Part shown: one piece after another, positions 17,180 to 25,448 of the stretch
How positions within the stretch are numbered: the first letter of the stretch is position 1
Layout of the letters: the number at the start of each line of letters is the position of its first letter
Origin: Candidatus Iainarchaeum sp.
Lineage (GTDB): Archaea > Iainarchaeota > Iainarchaeia > Iainarchaeales > CSSED10-239
Direction: 5' to 3'
DNA: 32,000 nucleotides
NCBI GenBank assembly: GCA_028700115.1
Contig: JAQVTI010000001.1
Span: 120,001-152,000 of the forward strand
Made by a program: the position numbers and the translations under genes
Notes under the pieces: generated by a model
Told to the model about the DNA's origin: nothing
What the model saw: only the letters and a program-made list of their open reading frames with translations
The model's database searches: none

Positions 17180-17391
17180 TAAAAATGATTACAAAAAATA
17201 CAACTTTAAAAGAAATTTTAGATCTTAAAAATGCAGAAAAAGTTTTAGAGAAATACAAAGTACCATGTCTTTCATGTCCTTATGCAAAAATGGAAATGGA
17301 TACTTTAGAAATTGGCTTAATTGCAGAAATGTATGATTTAGATTTAGATAACATTATTGAAGAATTAAATAAACTTAAAAAAATAAAATAA
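17176..17391 (+). CDS. DUF1858 / hybrid-cluster-protein-associated redox disulfide domain protein
   Basis: TLKEILDL..AEKVLEKYKVPCLSCPYAKMEMDTLEIGLIAEMYDLDLDNIIEELN matches the small CxxC DUF1858 family. The ORF-track start is a TTG overlapping the iscU stop. The ATG at 17185 (MITKNT...) is more likely. Confidence 0.75.
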   Translation: MIKMITKNTTLKEILDLKNAEKVLEKYKVPCLSCPYAKMEMDTLEIGLIAEMYDLDLDNIIEELNKLKKIK

Positions 17392-17442
17392 TTATTTTTA
17401 TTTAATAATTATTTTTATTTAATTATAAATATAAAAATAAAA
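17392..17442. terminator. Convergent-gene terminator zone with oligo-T tracts on both strands
   Basis: Lies between the convergent stops of the DUF1858 gene and ACD alpha. A 16-nt direct repeat TAATTATTTTTATTTA occurs twice (17389-17404 and 17406-17421), each with a T5 run. Oligo-T is the known archaeal termination signal. No experimental support. Confidence 0.35.
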
Positions 17443-18792
17443 TTAAATAAATTTTAAAATATCAGATAAATCTTTTGGATCTTTAAAACAAATAACATTA
17501 TTTTTTTCTAAAGTTTCTAAAAAAATATTTGTTTGAAAACCACCAATTGCTAAAACAAATATTGGTTTCTTACTTTTTTTTCTAATATTTATAATTTCAA
17601 TTAAAATATCTTGATTAATAGTAGATAATTGAAATAAAAATAATAAAATTAAACAAGAAATATTTTTATCATTTAAACAAATATTTATAGTTTTTATAAA
17701 TCTAAAATTATCACAATCTCCAGTAAGATCTAAAGGATTTTTAATAACAGCATAACTTGGAACAATTTTTTTAATTTTTTCAAAAGACTTTTTTGAAATT
17801 GAAGGTAAATTAAAACCATTAAAATCTAATTGATCAGAAGTTAAAACTCCAAACCCACCACCATTTGTAATTATTTGGATATTAGAAAGATCTAAATAAT
17901 CATAATTTGAAAAAACTTTTGCAAGAGAAAACATTTCTGAAATAGAATTAACTAGATATGCCCCAGATTGTTTACAAGCAGATTTAAAAACATCAAAAGA
18001 CCCAGCAATTGCAGCTGTATGTGACGTTGCTGCAACAATTCCTTTATTTGATATTCCTCCTTTTAAGATAATTATTTTTTTAGACTTTGATACTTTTTTT
18101 AAAGTTTTTAAAAAAAGATTACCATCTTTAATTCCTTCAATATAACATAAAATAATTTTAGTATTTTTCTCATTTTCTAAACTTAATAATAAATCAGATT
18201 CAGAAATATCTAAAGAATTACCATATGAAAAAAATTTACTAACACCTATATTTTCAAAATTAGCTCTATCTAAAAAAGATAAACCTAAAGCACCAGATTG
18301 AGATATCAAAGATACATTCCCTTTTTGTGGGAATTTAACTTCAGAAGAAATAAATGAAGCATTTAAATTATTATATAGATCTACATACCCAAGGCAATTT
18401 GGACCTAAAAGATTAATTTTATTTTTATCTAAGATATTTTTTAAATCTAAAGATAATTGTTTATTTCCAATTTCTAAAAAACCAGATGAAATTAAAATAA
18501 TATTTTTACAAGTTGTTTTAGATATATCTTTAATTACATCTAAAATAAGATTATGAGAAATGGCAATAATTACTATATCTATTTGTTTATTAATATCTAA
18601 AATTGACGAAAAAACTTTTTTATTAAAAATATATTTCCCAGAAAGTCTTGGATTTACATAAAAAACATCTTTTTTAAAAAAAGAAAGATTTTTAGAAATA
18701 GTATAACCTATACTATTTTCTTTATCAGAAGCACCTATTAAACAAATAGAAGACACATTATAAAAAGTATTTAAATTTTTCATATTTTTCAA
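17443..18792 (-). CDS. acdA: ADP-forming acetyl-CoA synthetase alpha-type subunit (CoA-binding + CoA-ligase domains)
   Basis: CoA-binding start ICLIGASDKENSIGY, then GPNCLGY, VSLISQSGALG, and the phospho-His loop ATSHTAAIAGS. Length of 449 aa fits the alpha subunit. No ATP-grasp beta subunit is adjacent. Confidence 0.8.
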   Translation of the reverse strand: MKNMKNLNTFYNVSSICLIGASDKENSIGYTISKNLSFFKKDVFYVNPRLSGKYIFNKKVFSSILDINKQIDIVIIAISHNLILDVIKDISKTTCKNIILISSGFLEIGNKQLSLDLKNILDKNKINLLGPNCLGYVDLYNNLNASFISSEVKFPQKGNVSLISQSGALGLSFLDRANFENIGVSKFFSYGNSLDISESDLLLSLENEKNTKIILCYIEGIKDGNLFLKTLKKVSKSKKIIILKGGISNKGIVAATSHTAAIAGSFDVFKSACKQSGAYLVNSISEMFSLAKVFSNYDYLDLSNIQIITNGGGFGVLTSDQLDFNGFNLPSISKKSFEKIKKIVPSYAVIKNPLDLTGDCDNFRFIKTINICLNDKNISCLILLFLFQLSTINQDILIEIINIRKKSKKPIFVLAIGGFQTNIFLETLEKNNVICFKDPKDLSDILKFI

Positions 18793-18935
18793 TATTTTTT
18801 TATAAAATATATATTATTTTTAATTATAAAATTTTTATAAATATTATAATTTTAGAAACATATAAATATACAATAGTTAATTATATAAATATATATATTT
18901 TAATAAAAATATATTTTACAAAAATAAAGATAATT

Positions 18936-19502
18936 ATGAATCAAAAAAGTGAAATAATATTTTATGGAAGAGGTGGACTTGGAGCAAAAACAGCAGCACA
19001 AATTCTTGCAGAAGCAGCAAATATAGAAGAAAAAAATATCCAAGCTTTTCCAGAATATGGTCCAGAAAGAAGAGGAGCACCTGTTAGATCTTTTGTTAGA
19101 ATATCAGATAAACATATAAGAGTGCATGAACCAATTTTAAATCCAGACTACATAGTTGTAATTGATTCAAACTTATTTGATGTTATTGAAAATTTAAAAG
19201 AATTTAATGGAACTTATATAATTAATACAAATAAACCTAAAGATTATTTTAAAAAAATTCTTAAAAATAAAAAATTTATTTTAATAGATGGAACTAAGAT
19301 TGCTTTAGAAAATCTAAAAATAAATAATCCAAATATAGTTTTGATTGGAGCTTTAATTAAACAAAGTAAAATTATTAAATTAAGTTCTGTTGAAAAAATA
19401 ATTGAAGAAGAATTTACAAAAAAAGGAAAAGAATATTTTATTAAGCCTAATTTAAAATGTTTAAATGAAGGTTATAATTATAATTTTAAAAAGAAAAAAT
19501 AA
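18936..19502 (+). CDS. porC: Pyruvate:ferredoxin oxidoreductase gamma subunit
   Basis: GRGGLGAKTAAQILAEAA...FPEYGPERRGAPV is the POR/KOR gamma signature. First gene of a gamma-delta-alpha-beta operon. Confidence 0.9.
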   Translation: MNQKSEIIFYGRGGLGAKTAAQILAEAANIEEKNIQAFPEYGPERRGAPVRSFVRISDKHIRVHEPILNPDYIVVIDSNLFDVIENLKEFNGTYIINTNKPKDYFKKILKNKKFILIDGTKIALENLKINNPNIVLIGALIKQSKIIKLSSVEKIIEEEFTKKGKEYFIKPNLKCLNEGYNYNFKKKK

Positions 19503-19524
19503 ATAAATTTAGGATAAAATAAAT

Positions 19525-19839
19525 ATGGAAAATAAAAAAAAATCTAAAGAACTACCAATTGGAAGTATACTTCCAGGAGGAACTTCAACTAAAAACAAAA
19601 CAGGTTCTTGGAAAGATAAAGTTCCTGTTTGGGATGAAAAAAAATGTATTCATTGTATGATATGTTATAATAAATGCCCAGAAAACTGTATTCTTGCACA
19701 AGTTAAAGCAGGAAAAATTAAAAGAACAAAAACAGATTTAGAATACTGCAAAGGTTGTGGAATTTGTGCAAAGGTTTGTCCAGTTGGAGCAATAACTATG
19801 AAAGATGCAAGTGAAGTTGAAAAAGAAAATAAAAAATGA
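19525..19839 (+). CDS. porD: Pyruvate:ferredoxin oxidoreductase delta subunit (2x[4Fe-4S] ferredoxin-like)
   Basis: Two CxxCxxCxxxCP motifs (CIHCMICYNKCP and CKGCGICAKVCP). About 100 aa. Located between gamma and alpha. Confidence 0.92.
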   Translation: MENKKKSKELPIGSILPGGTSTKNKTGSWKDKVPVWDEKKCIHCMICYNKCPENCILAQVKAGKIKRTKTDLEYCKGCGICAKVCPVGAITMKDASEVEKENKK

Positions 19840-19852
19840 ATTTGTGAAAAAT
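19839..19852 (+). promoter_or_regulatory. Conserved translation-initiation region AATTTGTGAAAAAT upstream of porA
   Basis: A 14-nt string identical to the one at 21020-21033 upstream of porB. It contains GTGA (complementary to the archaeal anti-SD ...UCACCUCC) 7-10 nt before the ATG at 19854. Confidence 0.4.
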
Positions 19853-19853
19853 T

Positions 19854-21014
19854 ATGAAAAATAAAAAAATGGCATTAACAGGTGGAGAAGCAATCTCATA
19901 TGCTTTAAAACAAATTAATCCAGATGTTGTGGCGATGTATCCAATAACTCCACAAACTCCTATTATTGAAAGATATTCAAAATATGTTGCAGATGGAGAA
20001 GTAGATACTGAACTAATTAGAGTTGAATCAGAACACTCTGCACTTTCAGCCACAATCGGAGCTGCTGCTTCAGGGTCTCGTGCAGTTACAGCAACAGCTT
20101 CTCAAGGTTTACTTTATATGTTTGAAGTTTTATCTGTTGCTTCAGGACTAAGACTTCCAATTGTTATGCCTGTTGTAAATAGAGCAATATCTTCTCCAAT
20201 AAACATACACTGCGATCATTCAGATTCAATGTCTGCAATTGATCAAGGTTGGATGCAAGTATATTGTCAAAATGCACAAGAAAGTTATGAAATGACTTTA
20301 TTTGCAACTAAGCTTGCAGAAAAAGTAAACTTACCTATTATGGTTTGTCAAGATGGATTTATAACTTCCCATAATCTAGAAAACATAGAAGTTTTTAATG
20401 ATAATAAAGTTAAAAAATTTATTGAGGACTACAAACCAGCATATAATTTATTAGATGTAGATAAACCTATATCAATTGGACCTTTAGCCTTAACAGATTA
20501 TTATTTTGAAATAAGAGCACAATTATTTGAAGCTTTTTCAAAAATTAAAAAAGAATTTAAAGAAATTTCAAATGAGTTTAAAGAAACTTTTGACATGAAA
20601 ATTAATTTTTTAGAAAAATATAAATCAAATGATGCAGAAATTATTTTTATATGCTTAAGCTCAACTGCTGAAAGTATAAAAGATGTAATTGATACTTATA
20701 GAGATAATGGTTATAAGGTAGGACTTGTAAGACCAGTTTTATTTAGACCATTTTTTTATGAAGAATATGCAAAAGAATTAGAAAATGCAAAAACAGTAGT
20801 TGTTTTAGATAGATCTGAAGGTCCAGGAAGCCATGCACCTTTGTTTAAAGACATAGTTATTTCTTTAACAAACATAGAAAAAAGACCAGAAGTTTTTTCT
20901 TTTGTTTATGGACTTGGTGGAAGAGAGATTTATCAAAAAGATATATGTAAATTATTAGATACTTTAATCTCTGGTAAGCTTCCAAAAAGTAAATATATTG
21001 GACTTAGAGAATAA
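19854..21014 (+). CDS. porA: Pyruvate:ferredoxin oxidoreductase alpha subunit
   Basis: ALTGGEAISYALKQINPDVVAMYPITPQTPIIE, ESEHSALSATIGAAASGSRAVTATASQGLLYM and GLGGREI are typical PorA/2-oxoacid:Fd oxidoreductase alpha sequences. Confidence 0.92.
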   Translation: MKNKKMALTGGEAISYALKQINPDVVAMYPITPQTPIIERYSKYVADGEVDTELIRVESEHSALSATIGAAASGSRAVTATASQGLLYMFEVLSVASGLRLPIVMPVVNRAISSPINIHCDHSDSMSAIDQGWMQVYCQNAQESYEMTLFATKLAEKVNLPIMVCQDGFITSHNLENIEVFNDNKVKKFIEDYKPAYNLLDVDKPISIGPLALTDYYFEIRAQLFEAFSKIKKEFKEISNEFKETFDMKINFLEKYKSNDAEIIFICLSSTAESIKDVIDTYRDNGYKVGLVRPVLFRPFFYEEYAKELENAKTVVVLDRSEGPGSHAPLFKDIVISLTNIEKRPEVFSFVYGLGGREIYQKDICKLLDTLISGKLPKSKYIGLRE

Positions 21015-23469
21015 TTTTAAATTTGTGAAAAATATGAATAATTCAGAACTTGCAATAAAGATTAATGAAAATAAAAAATTAGTTCCAGGACATAGAACAT
21101 GTGCAGGATGCCCTATTGCTGTGATATTAAGAACAGCACTTGCTTCAACTGATAAAAAAATAGTTGTAGCTTCAGCTACTTCTTGTGCAGAAGTAACTAC
21201 TACAATATATCCTTATACATCTTGGAATGTTCCTTGGATGCATTCTGTTTTTGCAAATGCAGCTGCAACTATTTCAGGAATTGAAAGTTCTTATAAAGCT
21301 TTAAAGAAAAAAGGCAAAATAAAAAAAGATATTAGATTTTTAGCTTTTGGTGGAGATGGTGGATGTTACATTCCAAAAACAAAAATATTAACTACAGAAG
21401 GTTTTAAAAATGTAGAAAAAATAACTACAAAAGATTTAATTTGGTCAATAAATCCAAAAAATAAAACTTTAGAAAAATCAAAAATAAAAAAAATGCATAA
21501 ATATAATTATAATGAAAAAATAATTTCTGTAAATCACAATTTTGTACATTTTGATGTATCTTTACAACACAACATTCCAATTTATAATAAATTAAATAAC
21601 AAAATAGAAGCTATTAAAGCACATGAATTATTAAATTATGGTAGAAGTGATAAAATAAATATAATAACAGGTGATTTAAACTGGAAAGGTAAAAATAAAA
21701 AATATTTTGAATTACCAAAAATTAAATACAACAAAAATTCAAATAATAAAAAGGACATACCTAAAATAAATATGAAAATTTGGTTAGAATTTTTTGGATA
21801 TTGGATATCTGAAGGACACCTTTCAAAACATAATAGTAAAAGAAATATATACAACACTTTTATATCTCAAACAAAAAAAGCAACTATTAAAAAAATAGAT
21901 AAATGCTTAAAACAAACTAAAATAAATTATTGGTATAATAAAGATAGATTTTGTATAAGTAATCAAAAATTATGGGTATATTTAGAACAATTTGGAAAAG
22001 CAAAAGACAAATATATTCCTCAAGAATTTAAAGAATTATCAAAAGACTATTTACAAATATTATTAAATTCATTAATGGAAGGAGACGGCACAATAATTAA
22101 AAGACTTAAAAGCACAGCTTATTCTTATAGTACAATTTCAAAAAAATTAAAAGACGATGTAATTGAAATTGCACTTAAATTAGGATATAGAGTGCATTTA
22201 GATGAAAGAACTAGAAAAAACAGAAAAGAATACAGTATATCTTTTTCAAATTACAAACCAACAAGATTAGCAAACCTAAGAAAAAAACACATCACAAATT
22301 ATAATTATAAAGGAAAAATATATTGTCCAGAATTAGAAAAAAACCACATCATGGTTATTGAAAAAGATGGGCGAATAAGTTTAAATATGAATAGTTTCGA
22401 CATTGGACTTCAAAGTCTATCAGGAGCATTAGAAAGAGGACATGATTTTACATATATATGTTATACAAACGAAGGATATATGAATTGTTTATCTACAGAT
22501 TCACTAATTATGACTGAATCAGGATTAAAACAAATTACAGAAATTAAAAAAGGAGAAAAAGTTTGGGCTTTTGATCAAAAAACATATCAACCTGTTTTAA
22601 AAAAATGCACAGGTGTATTTGATAATGGTAGAAAAAAAGTATATGAAATTGAAACTATACATCAAAATATAAAAGCAACATCTAATCATCCGTTCTTAGT
22701 ATTAAAAAGAAATAAAAATAAAGAAAATGAATTTGTTTGGAAAACAGTTACAGAACTTAAAAAAGATGACGAAATTGTAACTCTTAAAAAGAAATTTTAT
22801 AAAAACTTAGATATAAATAAAAATCTAAAAAATGATTATAAAATACAAAATAATCATTATTTTATAATAAGAAAAATAAAAAATATAATTCCTAGAAAAA
22901 TAGAACAAACATTAGATTTAAGAGTTGAAGGAGAACACAATTTTATTGCAAATGGAATTGTTGTTCATAACACAGGAAATCAGAGATCTTCAGCAACACC
23001 TTATGGAGCATCAACAACTACAACTCCTTCTGGAAAAGTTTCTTTTGGTAAAGAAAAATTCCAAAAAGATCTTGCACAAATTATAATTGCACACAACATA
23101 CCTTATGTGGCAACTGCAAATCCAGAATTCCAAATTGATATGTATGAAAAAATGAAAAAAGCTTTTGAAACAAAAGGACCTTCATTTATTTTAATTTTTG
23201 CAGCATGCCCTACAAACATGAAAGCAGATCCATCAGAGACATTTACAATTAGTAAAATGGCTACTGAGACAAATTACTTCCCACTTTATGAATATGAGAA
23301 TAGAAAATATAAAATTAATTATAAACCTTTTAAAAAAGTTCCAATTGAAGAATTTTTAAAACTACAAACAAAATTTAGAGAAGTTTTAAAAGATAAAAAA
23401 GAAATTAAAATCATACAAGAACACGTAGATGAAAAATGGAATAGTATTCTAAAAAAGGAAGAAAAATAA
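20998..23469 (+). CDS. porB: Pyruvate:ferredoxin oxidoreductase beta subunit (ThDP-binding) precursor carrying two inteins
   Basis: Exteins read [13 protein letters not shown]...LAFGGDGG | [31 protein letters not shown] | [19 protein letters not shown].... This is a normal PorB of about 306 aa counted from the ATG at 21034. The ORF is 823 aa because of two in-frame insertions with intein hallmarks. Confidence 0.92.
   Translation: [823 protein letters not shown]
21020..21033 (+). promoter_or_regulatory. Conserved translation-initiation region AATTTGTGAAAAAT upstream of porB
   Basis: 14/14 identical to 19839-19852 and immediately precedes the ATG at 21034. Supports 21034 as the real porB start rather than the TTG at 20998. 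Confidence 0.4.
21364..22392 (+). mobile_element. Intein 1 in PorB (343 aa, with LAGLIDADG homing-endonuclease domain)
   Basis: Begins with Cys ([14 protein letters not shown], block A) directly after GGDGG. Block B-like [10 protein letters not shown]. Two LAGLIDADG motifs ([10 protein letters not shown] and [11 protein letters not shown]). Block F-like [19 protein letters not shown]. Ends ...ISLNMN with a terminal Asn followed by a +1 Ser (22393). The penultimate residue is Met rather than the usual His. Confidence 0.85.
22486..22971 (+). mobile_element. Intein 2 in PorB (162-aa mini-intein, no endonuclease domain)
   Basis: Starts [13 protein letters not shown] (block A). TSNHPFLV matches the block B TxxH motif. 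[20 protein letters not shown] is a canonical block F/G ending in HN, followed by a +1 Thr (22972). Removing it restores YMN-TGNQRS. Confidence 0.9.
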
Positions 23470-23483
23470 AAAAGGTTTTAATT

Positions 23484-24191
23484 GTGCCAAACATCTCAAC
23501 ACATGCAAAAATAATTAAAGAAGTTTATTCTAAAAATAAAAAATTTAATTTAGATTATTTAGTATCTGGAAGTATATTTCCAGATTATTACTATTTTTTA
23601 AAATATCAAAAATATAATGACCCCACTAATTTACTACATTCTAAACTTGCAAAAAGATACTCAGAAAAACTAATTAAATCTGCAAAAAACAAAAAAGAAC
23701 TTTCTTTTGCAATAGGTGTTTATTCACACATTATAGTTGACCAAAAAGTTCATGCATATTTAAGAAAAAACAAACTTGAAAAAAACATAAATCACCTAGT
23801 AATTGAACATTTTTTAGAGATAAAACAACATACACCTGTTAACAAAATATTAATTTGTAAAAATTTAATTAAAAGAACTATTCCTAAAAAATATTATATA
23901 CATTTAAAAAAAATAAATTTATTTAATTCAATTAAATTTATTTTATTTAATAAAACTATATTTTTTTTAATAAAACAAAAATACATAAATAAAAAAAGAT
24001 CTAAGAAAAAAAGTATATGGAATTTAATTTTAAGAATAGGTTATAAAAGACCACTTAAAAGAGTAGAGTTTACAGATATAGAAAAAATAGTAAATCCTAA
24101 TTTTAAATTAAAAAAACATATAAAAAATATAGAAAAAGAAATAAATTTATCTAAAAAAGAAATAATTAAAAAAATCAAAGAATTAATTTAA
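23484..24191 (+). CDS. Hypothetical protein, possibly a zinc-dependent phospholipase C-like (His/Asp-rich) fold
   Basis: GTG start 14 nt after porB. N-terminal half has spaced His/Asp residues (MPNISTHAKII, FPDYYY, LLHS, YSHIIVDQKVHAYL, NHLVIEHF) reminiscent of the Zn_dep_PLPC family. C-terminal half is Lys-rich and hydrophobic. The assignment is weak. Confidence 0.4.
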   Translation: MPNISTHAKIIKEVYSKNKKFNLDYLVSGSIFPDYYYFLKYQKYNDPTNLLHSKLAKRYSEKLIKSAKNKKELSFAIGVYSHIIVDQKVHAYLRKNKLEKNINHLVIEHFLEIKQHTPVNKILICKNLIKRTIPKKYYIHLKKINLFNSIKFILFNKTIFFLIKQKYINKKRSKKKSIWNLILRIGYKRPLKRVEFTDIEKIVNPNFKLKKHIKNIEKEINLSKKEIIKKIKELI

Positions 24192-25370
24192 TAATTCTTT
24201 AACATCTCTAATCATTTGTAATTCTTCATTTGTTGGAATAACTAAAACTTTAATTAAACTATCTTCTGATGAAATTATTAATTCATTTGAATTATTTTTA
24301 CTTTCATCTAACTTAAGTCCTAAAAAACTAAAATGATCTAAAACAAGTTTTCTTAAAAAAGGAGAATGCTCTCCAACTCCTCCTGTAAAAACAATTACAT
24401 TTATTCCTTTCATCTCAGAAATGTATGCACCAATTATTTTAATTATTCTATTTACTAAAATATCATTTGCAAGAGTACAATCTTTACAACCTTTAATTGC
24501 ATTTTCTTCAATATACCTATGATCACTTGATTGCTTAGATATTCCTAAAAGCCCAGATTGTTTATTTATTAATTTTTTAATATCTTCTTTAGAATAACCA
24601 TTTTCTAATAAAAATAAAATTATTTCAGGATCAAAACTTCCAGATCTAGTTCCCATTGGAAGACCATCTAAAGGAGTAAAACCCATAGAAGTATCAAAAC
24701 TTTTACCATTTTTAATAGCACATATACTTTGACCATTCCCTAAATGACATGTAATTATATTTATTGAATCATAATCTTTTTCTAAAATCTCACATGCTTT
24801 TCTTGAAACAAACTTATGAGAGGATCCATGAAAACCATAACTTCTAATTTTAAATTTTTCATAAAGCTCTATTGGAAGAGCATATAAATAATTTTCTAAA
24901 GGTATAGTTGAATGGAATGCTGTATCAAAAACCCCAAAATGCTTTGTAGATTCTGGCAAATGACCTTTTAAAATTTCAACACATTTTAAATTTACAGGAT
25001 TATGAAGCGGTGCTAAAAAATTATATTTTTTTAAATCTTCTAAAACCTCAGAAGTAAGCTCTGTTGTTTTATTATATTTTTCAGCTCCATGAACAATTCT
25101 ATGAACAACATAATTAATTTCAAAAAAAGAAGTAATAATATTATTTTCTATTAAAAAATCTAAAAGATTAGAAACAGCTAAATCATGTTCTAAAATATCA
25201 AACTCATCTTTTAATTTTTTATCATTAAATTTAATTTTTCTAAGACAAGTTCTACCAGAAACTCCAATTCCATCAAATTGTCCAACAATTAATGTTTTTT
25301 CATTTTCAAAATCGGCTAATTCAAATTTTAAAGAACTACTACCTGCATTAATTACTAAAATATTACTCAT
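24183..25370 (-). CDS. ackA: Acetate kinase
   Basis: ILVINAGSSSLKFEL N-terminus, VHRIVHGAE, APLHNP, FDTAFH, YGFHGSSH, ITCHLGNGQS, MGTRSG.DP and FTGGVGEHS make up the complete acetate/propionate kinase motif set. Confidence 0.93.
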   Translation of the reverse strand: MSNILVINAGSSSLKFELADFENEKTLIVGQFDGIGVSGRTCLRKIKFNDKKLKDEFDILEHDLAVSNLLDFLIENNIITSFFEINYVVHRIVHGAEKYNKTTELTSEVLEDLKKYNFLAPLHNPVNLKCVEILKGHLPESTKHFGVFDTAFHSTIPLENYLYALPIELYEKFKIRSYGFHGSSHKFVSRKACEILEKDYDSINIITCHLGNGQSICAIKNGKSFDTSMGFTPLDGLPMGTRSGSFDPEIILFLLENGYSKEDIKKLINKQSGLLGISKQSSDHRYIEENAIKGCKDCTLANDILVNRIIKIIGAYISEMKGINVIVFTGGVGEHSPFLRKLVLDHFSFLGLKLDESKNNSNELIISSEDSLIKVLVIPTNEELQMIRDVKELLN

Positions 25371-25408
25371 AATTTATTCCTCACATATTTTTAAAAATAA
25401 AAAAAGAA

Positions 25409-25432
25409 AATGTATTTTTATAAAAATACATT
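25409..25432 (-). terminator. Possible top6A terminator hairpin
   Basis: Perfect 24-nt palindrome AATGTATTTTTA|TAAAAATACATT, 17 nt downstream of the top6A stop. On the minus strand it is followed by a T-rich tract (TTCTTTTTTTATTTTT). It may also overlap the ackA promoter. Confidence 0.35.
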
Positions 25433-25448
25433 ATAAAAAATTATAAAA

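Noticed and set aside
20998-21033. TTG start for porB overlapping porA by 17 nt
   Set aside because: The ATG at 21034 is preceded by the same 14-nt element as porA. Conserved PorB sequence only begins later ([10 protein letters not shown]). The upstream extension is probably an ORF-caller artefact.
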